Made by a program: the position numbers and the translations under genes. Source: a bacterium (GTDB lineage: Bacteria > UBA8248). Taken from it: a DNA stretch of 64,000 nucleotides. The stretch lies in NCBI GenBank assembly GCA_965204535.1, contig OZ241996.1, positions 1,184,001 to 1,248,000 of the forward strand, given 5' to 3'. Of this stretch, positions 9,148 to 18,548 are shown one piece after another; the first letter of the stretch is position 1, and every line of letters starts with the position of its first letter. The notes under the pieces were generated by a model that made no database searches, was not told the DNA's origin, and was given only the letters and a program-made list of their open reading frames with translations.

Positions 9148-9714
9148 TCAGCGTATCAGTTTCGAGAGGAATTTGAAATCCTCGGTGCCTGCGACGCGGA
9201 GAAGCTCGAAGAGCGCCTGTTCGGTCGTGGCGGGAATGGCGCCCGCGCGCTCGAGCGCCGAGAGGCCCGTCCGCCAGTTCAGCTTCGAGCGCGAGCAGGT
9301 GGCGTCGGCCACCGCGTGGACGATGAAGCCGTTATCGAGCAGGTCGAGCGCCGTCTGGTAGCAGCACACGTGCGTCTCCGCACCCGTGAGCAATATCTTT
9401 GTCCTGCCCGTCTCGTGCAGGCGCGGCAGGAACGTCTCCTCGGCGCAGCAGCTGAACGCGATCTTCTCGATGGGGGTGAACCCCGGCACCTTCTCCGCCA
9501 CCTCGGAGAGGGTGGGGCCGAGTCCCTTTGGGTATTGCTCGGTGACGAGGACCGGGAAATCGAGTCGCGCCGCCGCCTCCGCCAGAGTGAGGATGCGTTC
9601 GACGACCTGCGCGCGCACGTCTTCTCTCATGGCGGACATGAGCCTCTCCTGCGCGTCGACGATGAGCAGGAGGCAGTCTTCGGGTTTAAGCCGGAACGAG
9701 TCGATGTCGGCCAT
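9148..9714 (-). CDS. Isochorismatase-family (YcaC-like) cysteine hydrolase
   Basis: IVDAQERL, TEQYPKGLG.T, K..FSC, GAETHVC..QT. Confidence 0.88.
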   Translation of the reverse strand: MADIDSFRLKPEDCLLLIVDAQERLMSAMREDVRAQVVERILTLAEAAARLDFPVLVTEQYPKGLGPTLSEVAEKVPGFTPIEKIAFSCCAEETFLPRLHETGRTKILLTGAETHVCCYQTALDLLDNGFIVHAVADATCSRSKLNWRTGLSALERAGAIPATTEQALFELLRVAGTEDFKFLSKLIR

Positions 9715-9868
9715 TTGCTCTCCTCAAGCGGGAAATGATGAAAAAGGCTATTACAGGGTTTTCGCGCGGTCAAGGAATGACCCAAAGCCTTGATTCCCTT
9801 ATGTCCGTGGGATAGCATCGCGCAGTAAATTTTCAGGCCATCATGGATACCAACAAAAGGGGAACAAC

Positions 9869-10861
9869 ATGCCGGACAAGGCGAAAGTCGTCCTGACCGA
9901 TTACGTCTGGGAGTCCCTGGACGTCGAGAACGAGATTTTGGGAGAGCTGGCCGATATCGTCGCCATGCAGACGAAGGCGCCCGCGGAATTTCTGGCGGAA
10001 GCCGCCGATTGCGACGCGATCCTGAACACCTACGCCGGCCCCATCACCAAAGAGGACATGGCGGGGATGCCGGATTGCAAGATCATCGCGCGCTACGGCA
10101 TCGGCGTGGACACGATTGACTTAGACGCCGCCACGGAGGCGGGCATCATCGTCACGAACAATCCCACCTACTGCATCGAGGAGGTCGCCGAGCACACGAT
10201 GGCGCTCCTGCTCGCATCGGCGAGGAAGGTGGCGTTTTACGATCGCCGGGTGCGCGCGGGCGAGTGGGCGGTGCCGCCGGGCAAGCCCATGTTCCGCCTT
10301 GTGGGCGCGACGCTGGGTCTCGTGGGCTTCGGGAACATCGCCCGCATGGTGGCCGCCCGCGCCGCATCGTTCGGGATGCGGGTGCTGTTCAACGACCCCT
10401 TCGTGGCGCAGGGCCAGTTCGATGCGCCCGGCGAGAAGGTGGATGAGTTGGCCGATATGTACGCCGAGGCTGATTTCGTCTCCATCCATCCGCCGCTCAT
10501 CCCCCAGACGCGCGGGATGATGAACGATGCGGCCTTTGCGCAAATGAAGAACACCGCCGTCATCATCAACTGCTCGCGCGGCCCGATTATCGATACCGAC
10601 GCTCTCGTGCGCGCGCTCGATTCCGGCGAAATCGCAGGCTGCGCCCTCGATACGACCGACCCCGAGCCCCTGCCCGACCCACATCCCTTGCGGGGGCGCG
10701 AGAACGTCATCATCAACCCGCACGCGGCTTGGTACAGCGAGGAGTCCATGGTGGGCCTGCAACAGGGCGCGCCGGGAGAAGTCAGGCGCGTGCTTTCCGG
10801 TGAATGGCCCGTGAACGTCGTGAACCGCGCCGTCAAGGAGAACAACAGGGCGGGGTTGTAG
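9869..10861 (+). CDS. D-isomer-specific 2-hydroxyacid dehydrogenase (CtBP/SerA-like)
   Basis: RYGIGVD, EEVAEH, GLVGFGNIA, INCSRGPI, PHAAWYS. Confidence 0.9.
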   Translation: MPDKAKVVLTDYVWESLDVENEILGELADIVAMQTKAPAEFLAEAADCDAILNTYAGPITKEDMAGMPDCKIIARYGIGVDTIDLDAATEAGIIVTNNPTYCIEEVAEHTMALLLASARKVAFYDRRVRAGEWAVPPGKPMFRLVGATLGLVGFGNIARMVAARAASFGMRVLFNDPFVAQGQFDAPGEKVDELADMYAEADFVSIHPPLIPQTRGMMNDAAFAQMKNTAVIINCSRGPIIDTDALVRALDSGEIAGCALDTTDPEPLPDPHPLRGRENVIINPHAAWYSEESMVGLQQGAPGEVRRVLSGEWPVNVVNRAVKENNRAGL

Positions 10862-10909
10862 GGGAGAGTGATTCTCGATCGTGCCTTGATTCGATTGGCG
10901 CAGATTCTC

Positions 10910-10935
10910 GTAGGGGCGGGCCTCTGTGCCCGCCC
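10910..10935 (+). repeat. GTAG-type REP
   Basis: gtag-gggcgggc-ctctgt-gcccgccc between convergent genes. Confidence 0.7.
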
Positions 10936-10962
10936 GGCGTTCTTGCCGAAGCGAACCGCCGT

Positions 10963-11334
10963 CTAGCTTGGGTTTTCTTCTGTCGTGCGAAGAAGATTTT
11001 GCAATTGCGGCAATAGGCTGGGAATGCCTTCCTCGATCATGGTCCAGACGAGGGTATCGTCCATTCTCATATAGCCGTGAGCCAACTGGTTTCGCGCGCC
11101 GATGATGCTGCCCCAGGGGATATCAGGATATCGGTCGCGCACCTCGTCAGGGATGCGGGTTGCCGCTTCGCCGATGAGTTCGAGGTTGCGTAGTGTGGCG
11201 TCGTACGTGATCTTGCTGGCGACGAATGCCGCCTGGTCTAATCCCGCGGTATAATCCAGGACCCTGCCGCAGAATTCGATCATGTCCTGAACATAAAAGC
11301 GCCATTCGCGCTCGCCCTGACCGGCCTCAGACAT
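10963..11334 (-). CDS. hepT: HEPN (DUF86) RNase toxin, HepT-like
   Basis: LRNLELIGEAA, IPW, RNQLAHGY (RX4HXY); overlaps upstream MNT gene. Confidence 0.88.
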   Translation of the reverse strand: MSEAGQGEREWRFYVQDMIEFCGRVLDYTAGLDQAAFVASKITYDATLRNLELIGEAATRIPDEVRDRYPDIPWGSIIGARNQLAHGYMRMDDTLVWTMIEEGIPSLLPQLQNLLRTTEENPS

Positions 11335-11617
11335 GAACGATCTCCCGTTCGACATAGGGGCGTATCTCGGCGCGCACCATCTTTTCCGTCGCCAGATCGA
11401 CCTCGCGGCCAAGCAGATCCTCGATGTAGAACTGCGCGTCAAAAAATCGTTTCCAGTGCGCCGGACCATCGAAATGAACGAGAATATCCACGTCGCTGTC
11501 CTCCCCGGCTTCGTCGCGCGCGAAGGAGCCGAAAATGGCGAGTTCGGCGACGCCGAAGCGCTCCGCGAGGATCCCCTTGTGCGCCCGGAGAATTTTCAGG
11601 ACTTCATCCCGCTTCAT
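11327..11617 (-). CDS. mntA: Minimal nucleotidyltransferase antitoxin, MntA-like
   Basis: FGSFARDEAGEDSDVD (GSX10DXD), LLGREVDL; 96 aa. Confidence 0.9.
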   Translation of the reverse strand: MKRDEVLKILRAHKGILAERFGVAELAIFGSFARDEAGEDSDVDILVHFDGPAHWKRFFDAQFYIEDLLGREVDLATEKMVRAEIRPYVEREIVHV

Positions 11618-11747
11618 CGCTGCTCCCGTTAATTCATGAAACAGTGTAATTTCTCCTGTTTCTTCTCATATTTTATCGTATTCCAGATGAAAGCCGTCCA
11701 CAAGTTCGCAAAACTCCCGCCATCCGTCGAGAAACGCGCATCCGCTC

Positions 11748-11776
11748 TTGACACGAGGCGGTTTCGCCCGTAATAA
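11748..11776 (+). promoter_or_regulatory. Candidate sigma70 promoter of Rieske/cyt b operon
   Basis: TTGACA-17bp-TAATAA. Confidence 0.45.
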
Positions 11777-11977
11777 GAACCTTGCGTTTGCTCAAATCCT
11801 GATGGTCTCGGCGTCCGGCGAGGCCATGCGCCGCCCGTGGCGAAACCAAGCGAATCGGTTTCATTATCCGTCGGTATCGGGGATAATGTATCCGCGCGAC
11901 GCTTGGTAGTCGACAGGCTTTGGGATGCGCGAAGTCGAAAGGTGGTTCGAGTCTCGAAACGGGAGTGCAGAGTCCGC

Positions 11978-12532
11978 ATGAACACTCGCTTGAAAGCCCC
12001 TCCGGTGAAGCTGCCCGCCGATTACGAGGAGGAGGCGAAAGAGAAAAGGCCGTTCATCGACCGCAGGCGGTTCATGAACTACACGGGGTGGCTCGGCGTC
12101 CTGGGCGCCATCAACGTCGCGCTGATCGGTTTCCTGCGATTCATGTTCCCGCGCGTTCTGTTCGAACCGCCCACCGAGTTCAAGGCGGGGGACCCGGCGG
12201 ATTACGCCGTGGGCGTGGTGGACACCCGCTACGTGAACAGCGAGCGCGTCTGGATCATCCGCGAGCAGAATGGCTTCTACGCCCTGAGCGCGATTTGCAC
12301 CCATCTGGGATGCACGCCGAAGTACCTGGGTTCCGAGGACAAGTTCAAATGCCCGTGCCACGGGAGCGGGTTCCGCCGAAGCGGCATCAACTTCGAGGGA
12401 CCGGCCCCGAGGCCGCTCGAGAGGCTCAAAATCGGCCTGGCCGAGGATGGGCAACTGTTGATTGACAAGGGCAAGCTGTTTCTCCACGAGAAAGGGCAAT
12501 GGGACGACCCGGGCGCTTTTCTCTTTATTTAG
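11978..12532 (+). CDS. Rieske [2Fe-2S] subunit of Rieske/cytochrome b complex
   Basis: Tat-like DRRRF plus TM helix, CTHLGC and CPCHGSGF boxes, GPAPRPL. Confidence 0.93.
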   Translation: MNTRLKAPPVKLPADYEEEAKEKRPFIDRRRFMNYTGWLGVLGAINVALIGFLRFMFPRVLFEPPTEFKAGDPADYAVGVVDTRYVNSERVWIIREQNGFYALSAICTHLGCTPKYLGSEDKFKCPCHGSGFRRSGINFEGPAPRPLERLKIGLAEDGQLLIDKGKLFLHEKGQWDDPGAFLFI

Positions 12533-12580
12533 TATAAGGGCTTATTTATTCGTTCGGTGCGAGTTCGTGGGGGTTTTTAG

Positions 12581-13369
12581 ATGCCGAGTTTGAAAGAACG
12601 CTTGAACCTGGATCAGGTGAAACGTAGTGTGCTCGACTCCCAGGTGTGGAGGTCGATGTTCCGCCACGGGTATGAGGACACGCCGAGAAACCGCGTTCTC
12701 ATGGTCGTGGACAACCTCTGGCTGCACCTGCATCCCACGAAAATCAGGCGTCACGCCATCCGCATCCGCTTCACGTGGTGCATGGGCGGGGTGACGTTCC
12801 TGTTGTTCCTCTACCTCGTCGTCACCGGCGTGGTCTTGATGTTTTACTACCGGCCCGTGGGCGAGTACGCCTACGCGGACATCAAATACCTCGAATTCGA
12901 CGCCCCCTTCGGCATGTTCATGCGCAACATGCACCGCTGGGCGGCGCACGCCATGGTCATCGCCGTGTGGCTCCACATGCTGCGCGTCTTCATGACGGGC
13001 TCCTACAAGCCGCCGCGCGAGTTCAACTGGGTCATCGGAGTGCTGCTGCTCACGCTCACGCTGCTGCTCAGCTTTACCGGCTATCTGCTCCCCTGGGATC
13101 AGCTCGCCATCTGGGCGGTGACGGTCGGAACCAACATGGCGCGGGCCACGCCTCTGCTGGGGTCCGAGGGCCCGTTCGCCGAAATGGTGGGCGTGACGCC
13201 GCGCTTCGACGCGCGCTCCGCACTCCTGGGCGGAACCATCGTCGGTCCGCCCACGCTGTTGCGCTTCTACGTGCTGCACTGCATCGTCGTCCCGCTGATA
13301 GCGGCGATTCTGATGATGGTGCATTTCTGGAGAATCCGAAAAGACGGCGGCATCTCGGGTCCTTTGTAG
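12581..13369 (+). CDS. Cytochrome b6-type N-terminal cytochrome b subunit
   Basis: WCMGG (heme ci Cys position), [45 protein letters not shown]. Confidence 0.93.
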   Translation: MPSLKERLNLDQVKRSVLDSQVWRSMFRHGYEDTPRNRVLMVVDNLWLHLHPTKIRRHAIRIRFTWCMGGVTFLLFLYLVVTGVVLMFYYRPVGEYAYADIKYLEFDAPFGMFMRNMHRWAAHAMVIAVWLHMLRVFMTGSYKPPREFNWVIGVLLLTLTLLLSFTGYLLPWDQLAIWAVTVGTNMARATPLLGSEGPFAEMVGVTPRFDARSALLGGTIVGPPTLLRFYVLHCIVVPLIAAILMMVHFWRIRKDGGISGPL

Positions 13370-13401
13370 TCTTGGGGGCATAAAAAAGAAGGGCGAGGAC
13401 A

Positions 13402-14181
13402 TTGGCGAAGGAAGACAGGGTTGTCGGCTCTGCCGATGAGATGGCCAAGACGAGTTGGGAGCGGGTGAACGACAAGGTTCACGTGTGGCCCTACCTCACG
13501 CGCCTGGAGTTCATGTGCGCGATCATCATCACCATATTCTTGGTGGTGTGGTCCATCGTTATCGACGCGCCCCTCGAAGAGCCCGCGAACCCTTCCGTCA
13601 CGCCGAACCCTTCGAAGGCGCCGTGGTATTTCCTGGGCCTTCAGGAGTTGCTCGTCTATTTCGACCCGTGGATGGCGGGCGTCGTGCTGCCCACCCTCAT
13701 CATCGTGGGCCTGATGGCCATCCCCTTCATCGACGTGAACCCCAAGGGGAACGGCTACTACACTTTCCACGAACGCAGATTCGCCATCTTCACCTTCCTG
13801 TTCGGTTTTCTGGTCCTGTGGGTGTGGATGGTGGTGCAGGGAACCTTCCTGCGCGGGCCGGGGTGGAACTTCTTCATGCCCTGGGAGTACTGGGACCCGC
13901 ACAAGGTCGTTGCCCTGACGAACGTGGACCTGCCCTACATGCTCGGATTCAGGAGCTACTGGGGCCAGGCGGCGTGCGGCACGGTGCTAATCCTGCTCTG
14001 GTACGCCACCATACCGGCTTACTACATCTGGCGGCGCGAGCGCATGAAGAACGTAGGCCTGGTGCGCTATCTCATCAAGGCGTCTTTGAACATGACGATG
14101 ATGGGTATCGTGGCGAAAATGGTGCTGCGTATCGGGCTCAACGTCAAATACGTGCTCGTCACGCCCTGGTTCAACATTTAG
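13402..14181 (+). CDS. Cytochrome b6 subunit IV-like protein
   Basis: VWP, APLEEPANP..TPNPSKAPWYFLGLQELL (PEWY-loop variant), extra TM helices; start codon uncertain (TTG 13402 or ATG 13441). Confidence 0.88.
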   Translation: MAKEDRVVGSADEMAKTSWERVNDKVHVWPYLTRLEFMCAIIITIFLVVWSIVIDAPLEEPANPSVTPNPSKAPWYFLGLQELLVYFDPWMAGVVLPTLIIVGLMAIPFIDVNPKGNGYYTFHERRFAIFTFLFGFLVLWVWMVVQGTFLRGPGWNFFMPWEYWDPHKVVALTNVDLPYMLGFRSYWGQAACGTVLILLWYATIPAYYIWRRERMKNVGLVRYLIKASLNMTMMGIVAKMVLRIGLNVKYVLVTPWFNI

Positions 14182-14206
14182 GTTTTCCTCAACCCGAGCG
14201 GAGAAG

Positions 14207-14314
14207 ATGGTTCAGGACAGACAGCGCAAACATCTCTGGTGGGACGCCTGTGGCGTGAAGGTGGCCATCGTCGTTCTGATCGTCGTCTCGGGTGTAATTT
14301 ATTTTTTGGCGTAG
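14207..14314 (+). CDS. 35-aa single-TM micro-protein, not in ORF track
   Basis: ggag RBS; MVQDRQRKHLWWDACGVKVAIVVLIVVSGVIYFLA; between subunit IV stop and terminator. Confidence 0.6.
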   Translation: MVQDRQRKHLWWDACGVKVAIVVLIVVSGVIYFLA

Positions 14315-14365
14315 GGGATACTTGAAGCCGCAGAAATCGCCTGAAACTTCAAAGAATAATTGTTG

Positions 14366-14395
14366 AGCCGCTTCCTCATGGAGACGGCTTTTTTT
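14366..14395 (+). terminator. Intrinsic terminator of Rieske/cyt b operon
   Basis: agccgcttcc-tcat-ggagacggct imperfect stem plus T-run. Confidence 0.65.
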
Positions 14396-14414
14396 GTTCG
14401 AATGTCTCTTTTTT

Positions 14415-14488
14415 GTAGGGACAACCCCCGGTGGTTGTCCTTTATCGGATGGCGCAACGGCTGGACAGGCACGGGGGCCTGTCCCTAC
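14415..14488. repeat. Inverted GTAG-REP doublet (REPIN-like)
   Basis: gtagggacaacccccggtggttgtcc ... ggacaggcacgggggcctgtccctac. Confidence 0.78.
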
Positions 14489-14541
14489 GTGTTTATCGCG
14501 CGTTTTCTCTTTTGACGCATTCTTTTACTGGAACAGCAGAA

Positions 14542-15054
14542 TCACTCCGCGCCAGGCCAGGCCATGTCGTGGGCGTGGAGTATCTCGCGGAGCTTCGCGA
14601 CGTTGATGAGCTCCATGGGAGCGCCTTCGGAGTATTTCTGCACCTCTTCGGTGAAATATCCCGTCGAGATCAGGATTCCCTTCAAGGCCCTTTCGGCGCG
14701 CACGGTGTCGGAGAGGCCGATGACCCGTATCGAGTTCACGAAGTCGCCTTCGGGCACGAGAATGCCGTGGATGATGTAGTCGCCCCCGAGAATGGGCGCG
14801 GGGTTGTGCGCGAGGATGTCGATTTCCTCCTCGTTGACCCAGTGAATCTCGACGATGCGCATGTTCATGCTCTCGAGCAGGTCCACGAGCATGCGCTCGA
14901 ACGCCTGGGGAGACATCTGACGCAGGGATTCGATTTCAGAATCGTTTCTGGTCTGTTCGGCATCCGCTTCGAGTGCGATGTTCGATGTCGTTCGCTTGAC
15001 GAACAGTATGGTAATAAACCCCAGGAAGAGCGCGACGAAAATGAGTTCTAGCAT
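14542..15054 (-). CDS. Membrane-anchored Mrr-like restriction-endonuclease-fold protein, probably inactive
   Basis: N-terminal TM; MSP.AFE...DLL, IDILA, KGILISTGYFT, MELIN; Q-x-K position reads HGI. Confidence 0.65.
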   Translation of the reverse strand: MLELIFVALFLGFITILFVKRTTSNIALEADAEQTRNDSEIESLRQMSPQAFERMLVDLLESMNMRIVEIHWVNEEEIDILAHNPAPILGGDYIIHGILVPEGDFVNSIRVIGLSDTVRAERALKGILISTGYFTEEVQKYSEGAPMELINVAKLREILHAHDMAWPGAE

Positions 15055-15178
15055 GTCGGTATCCGGAAGACAGCTAAGAGGGAGGGCGTCGCGACAGAAG
15101 TAAACATCCGGAATTCAAGGGTCCGTACACGGTGGTTGTTGAAGCTGGGCGATGAGTTCGAGTGGATGAGCAAAGCGC

Positions 15179-15346
15179 TTATCGAATCATCTCGTCGTAG
15201 ACGTCGTCTTTTTTCCCCTTTTTGATGAGCCTGTCGTGCCTCAAGCCTTGAGAGATGGCCAGCCAGACGAAGAACGCCACCAGGGGAATCATGAATGCGA
15301 TGGGGATGTTGTCGGGTTTCGTCAGAATGAGCAGGAAATTTTCCAT
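15179..15346 (-). CDS. 55-aa single-TM protein with TKPDNIPI motif
   Basis: aagga RBS; MENFLLILTKPDNIPIAFMIPLVAFFVWLAISQGLRHD... Confidence 0.7.
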   Translation of the reverse strand: MENFLLILTKPDNIPIAFMIPLVAFFVWLAISQGLRHDRLIKKGKKDDVYDEMIR

Positions 15347-15589
15347 CTCGAATCCTTTTCGGTCGAATTGGCGGTAAATGAGCAACGCCGGTATTCTGAC
15401 GCAAATCCGGGCCGAGGGCAAGAGAATCAGGGGTTTCGCTCCCGCATATCAGTTGTTTCACCAGCGATACGCCTTGACAACCGGCGCGCGGAATGGATAT
15501 ATCTTTGATATCGAGAGTATGTCGCCGGAGTTATTGCGTGGAGCCGGCGCGTCGCCCTTTGTGATTCAAGTCATTCAAGAGGCGCTGAT

Positions 15590-16069
15590 ATGCCGCATTT
15601 TATCTTCGACGCTTGTATCGGGTGTTCCGTGTGCGAACCCGTCTGCCCCACGAAGGCCATCACGGGCGAGCCGCGCGAGATATACAAGATCGACCCCACG
15701 CTCTGCATCGACTGCGGTGTGTGCGGCAAGTATTGCCCGGCCTTCGCCATACAGGACGATACGGGCGACATCATCAAGAACATCAAGCACAAGGAAATGC
15801 CCAAGGCGTTCGTGATCGAGGAGAACTGTACGGGCTGCATCTGGTGCGTGGACGTGTGCCCGTTCGACTGCATCCGCATGGCGCCCTCCTCCGTGGAGCG
15901 CGACCACAGCGCGGTGGCCGTGGTGGATCAGTCCACATGCGTCGGCTGCCGTCTGTGCGAGGAGATTTGCAACAAGGGAGCGATCATCGTGCCCAAGCAC
16001 GAAGACGAATCCGAATACATGACGCCGTTTATGCACGAGTTCGTCACCTCGCCGCTTCGCGCGTATTAA
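15590..16069 (+). CDS. Polyferredoxin with four [4Fe-4S] motifs
   Basis: CIGCSVCEPVCP, CIDCGVCGKYCP, CTGCIWCVDVCP, CVGCRLCEEICN. Confidence 0.9.
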   Translation: MPHFIFDACIGCSVCEPVCPTKAITGEPREIYKIDPTLCIDCGVCGKYCPAFAIQDDTGDIIKNIKHKEMPKAFVIEENCTGCIWCVDVCPFDCIRMAPSSVERDHSAVAVVDQSTCVGCRLCEEICNKGAIIVPKHEDESEYMTPFMHEFVTSPLRAY

Positions 16070-16090
16070 GACGAGGCGTATCACACCAGG

Positions 16091-16118
16091 GCTCCCCCGG
16101 AATCGGGGGAGCTTTTTT
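16091..16118 (+). terminator. Intrinsic terminator
   Basis: gctcccccg-gaat-cgggggagc plus tttttt. Confidence 0.85.
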
Positions 16119-16252
16119 ATTGAGCGAACTCCTTGACGCTGTGTGGGTGCTCAGGTAGCGTTTTCCTGGATAAAGGCTTTATATTCATCGAAAGAGCCTG
16201 ATTTTGCTCTTTTTCGCATCGAGCCGAGCAAGTCGAAAGAGGAGGAAATTCG

Positions 16253-18487
16253 TTGCCTCCAGTTTTGACGTCACGCCCGCCCGCCCGGATCATGGACATC
16301 GTCGATCTGGTCGAGGAATACTCGCCGGACTGCTCGGACTTGCTCACCAAGGCCTATATCTACACGGCGAAGGTCCATAAGGGGCAATCGCGCATTTCCG
16401 GCGAGCCCTACATATCCCATCCGTTGGAGGTGGCCCGGCTTCTGGCGGAGTTGCGCCAGGACCCCGAAACCGTATGCGCGGGGCTTTTGCACGACACCGT
16501 GGAGGACACCGCCACCACGCTCGGGGAAATTGACGAGCATTTCGGAAAGGACGTCGCCGAACTCGTGGACGGCGTCACGAAGCTCGCGAAGATCGACGTT
16601 TCGAACACGCAGGTCCGCCAGGCGGAAAGCTACCGCAAGATGCTGATCGCCATGGCGAAGGATATTCGCGTCATCATCATCAAACTCGCCGACAGGCTCC
16701 ACAACGCGCTGACGCTCCACCATCTTCCCCAGAAAAGCAGAGAGCGCATTGCGCGCGAGACGGCGGAAATATACGCCCCGCTCGCCAACCGCATCGGCAT
16801 CGGGTGGCTCAAGGGAGCGCTCGAGGACGTGGCGTTCAAGCACCTGCATCCCAAGGAATTCCTGGAGATCGACGAGATGCTCCGCGACGGCCTCGAAGAC
16901 CGCGAAGCGTACATGAGTGTCGTCATGGAGCGATTGAGGGAGATTCTAGAGATGGAGGGCATCGAAGGCGATGCCTCCGCCAGATTCAAGCTCCACTCCA
17001 GCATCTACGAGAAGATGCAGACGCAAAACCTCGATTTCCACCAGGTGTACGACATTTGCGGCGTGAGAATCATCGTGGATTCCATGAAGGATTGTTATGC
17101 CGTATTGGGAATCCTGCATTCCACGTGGACGCCCATTCCCGGACGCTTCAAGGACTACATCGCCCTTCCCAAAGCGAATCTGTATCAATCCCTCCACACC
17201 ACCATCGTGGGGCCGGAGGGCCAGCGGGTGGAGTTCCAGATCCGCACGAAGGAGATGCACCGGGTGGCGGAGGAGGGCATCGCCGCGCACTGGAAATACA
17301 AGGAGGGCGATGAGACCGACGACGGCATGGCCGACAAGTTCGAGTGGATCCGGAGAATCGTGGAAAGCCTGAACGAGGAGTCCGACCCCAGGAACCTGGT
17401 CGACTCCGTCAAGGTCAACCTGTTCCAGGACGAGGTGTTCGTTTTTACGCCCCGGGGCGAGGTGAAGAGCCTGCCGCGCGGGGCGACGCCGGTGGATTTC
17501 GCTTTTTCCATCCACACCGAGGTGGGGAGCCGTTGCGTAGGCGCCAAGGTCAACGGAAAAATTACGCCGCTGAGTACGCTGCTCGAGAACGGCGACATCG
17601 TTGAGATCATCACGAATCCGCACCGCAGGCCAAGTGCGGACTGGCTGAAGTTCGTCGTCACCGCCCGGGCGAAGCAGAAAATCAGAAACTGGATAAGACA
17701 GGAGCAAAAAGAGCGCTCCCTCACGCTCGGCCAGGAGTTGCTCGAAAATGAGCTGGAGCGGTGCGTGGAGAAGAAGGAAGTCGCGGGGTACATGAAGCCG
17801 AAGGAATTGAAAGGGGTGGCGCGGTCCTTCGGGGCGCAAAGCGATGAAGATTTGTTGATTTCCATAGGTTTCGGGCGCGTATCCGCGCGGCAGGTGGTGC
17901 ACAAGCTGTTGCCCGAGCAACTCGTGCGCGAGCGGGAGAAGCGGGAGAACTCCCGTCTCAGGCGTCTCGTGAACCGCGTGAGCCGCCACAAGAACAAATC
18001 GGGCATCCTCGTCAAGGGCCAGGACGACGTTTTGATTCGTTACGGGAAATGCTGCCAGCCGATTCCGGGCGACGGGATCGTGGGTTTCATCACGCGCGGA
18101 CGCGGCGTGACGGTGCACAACGAGGGTTGTCCCAACATCAAGGCGTTGATGGACGATCAGGAGCGTCTGGTGGAAGTCGCCTGGGGCGAAGTCGACAAGG
18201 ATCAGATGCACCTGGTGACGCTCGTCGTCGAGGCGCGCGACAGGCCGGGCGTGCTGGCGAGCCTGAGCGCCGACATCGCGACTTGTGATGCGAACATCTC
18301 GCGCGTCGAGGCCGAGACCTTCGGGAACAAGGCGAAGATACGCCTGGACGTGCAGGTGCATGATCTGGCCCAACTCAACGAAGTCCTCAAGAAGGTTCGC
18401 GGCGAAAAATATATCTTCTCAGTCAACCGCATCGCGCCCGAGGTGGCCCCGGTCCAGGGGAAGGTTCCGCAGATTCCCACGGAGTAG
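16253..18487 (+). CDS. rel: Bifunctional (p)ppGpp synthetase/hydrolase (long RSH)
   Basis: SGEPYI.HP, LLHDTVED, IKLADRLHN, RFKDYI..PK.N.YQSLHT, EFQIRT, TGS (VFTP.G), CCQP, ACT; start TTG 16253 or ATG 16292. Confidence 0.95.
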   Translation: MPPVLTSRPPARIMDIVDLVEEYSPDCSDLLTKAYIYTAKVHKGQSRISGEPYISHPLEVARLLAELRQDPETVCAGLLHDTVEDTATTLGEIDEHFGKDVAELVDGVTKLAKIDVSNTQVRQAESYRKMLIAMAKDIRVIIIKLADRLHNALTLHHLPQKSRERIARETAEIYAPLANRIGIGWLKGALEDVAFKHLHPKEFLEIDEMLRDGLEDREAYMSVVMERLREILEMEGIEGDASARFKLHSSIYEKMQTQNLDFHQVYDICGVRIIVDSMKDCYAVLGILHSTWTPIPGRFKDYIALPKANLYQSLHTTIVGPEGQRVEFQIRTKEMHRVAEEGIAAHWKYKEGDETDDGMADKFEWIRRIVESLNEESDPRNLVDSVKVNLFQDEVFVFTPRGEVKSLPRGATPVDFAFSIHTEVGSRCVGAKVNGKITPLSTLLENGDIVEIITNPHRRPSADWLKFVVTARAKQKIRNWIRQEQKERSLTLGQELLENELERCVEKKEVAGYMKPKELKGVARSFGAQSDEDLLISIGFGRVSARQVVHKLLPEQLVREREKRENSRLRRLVNRVSRHKNKSGILVKGQDDVLIRYGKCCQPIPGDGIVGFITRGRGVTVHNEGCPNIKALMDDQERLVEVAWGEVDKDQMHLVTLVVEARDRPGVLASLSADIATCDANISRVEAETFGNKAKIRLDVQVHDLAQLNEVLKKVRGEKYIFSVNRIAPEVAPVQGKVPQIPTE

Positions 18488-18548
18488 GACGCTTTCCCGC
18501 CGTTTCGGCGTAATGACGCGCACCCCGATTGTCTCATGACCAGGGCGA

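Noticed and set aside
10963-11617. HepT/MntA pair as a novel defence system
   Set aside because: Canonical, well-described toxin-antitoxin module with standard motifs
11941-11960. tRNA-like T-loop GGTTCGAGTC
   Set aside because: Flanks do not form a T-stem, acceptor stem or cloverleaf
14542-15054. Active type IV restriction system
   Set aside because: Catalytic Q-x-K is absent and there are no neighbouring defence genes; kept only as a degenerate-fold finding
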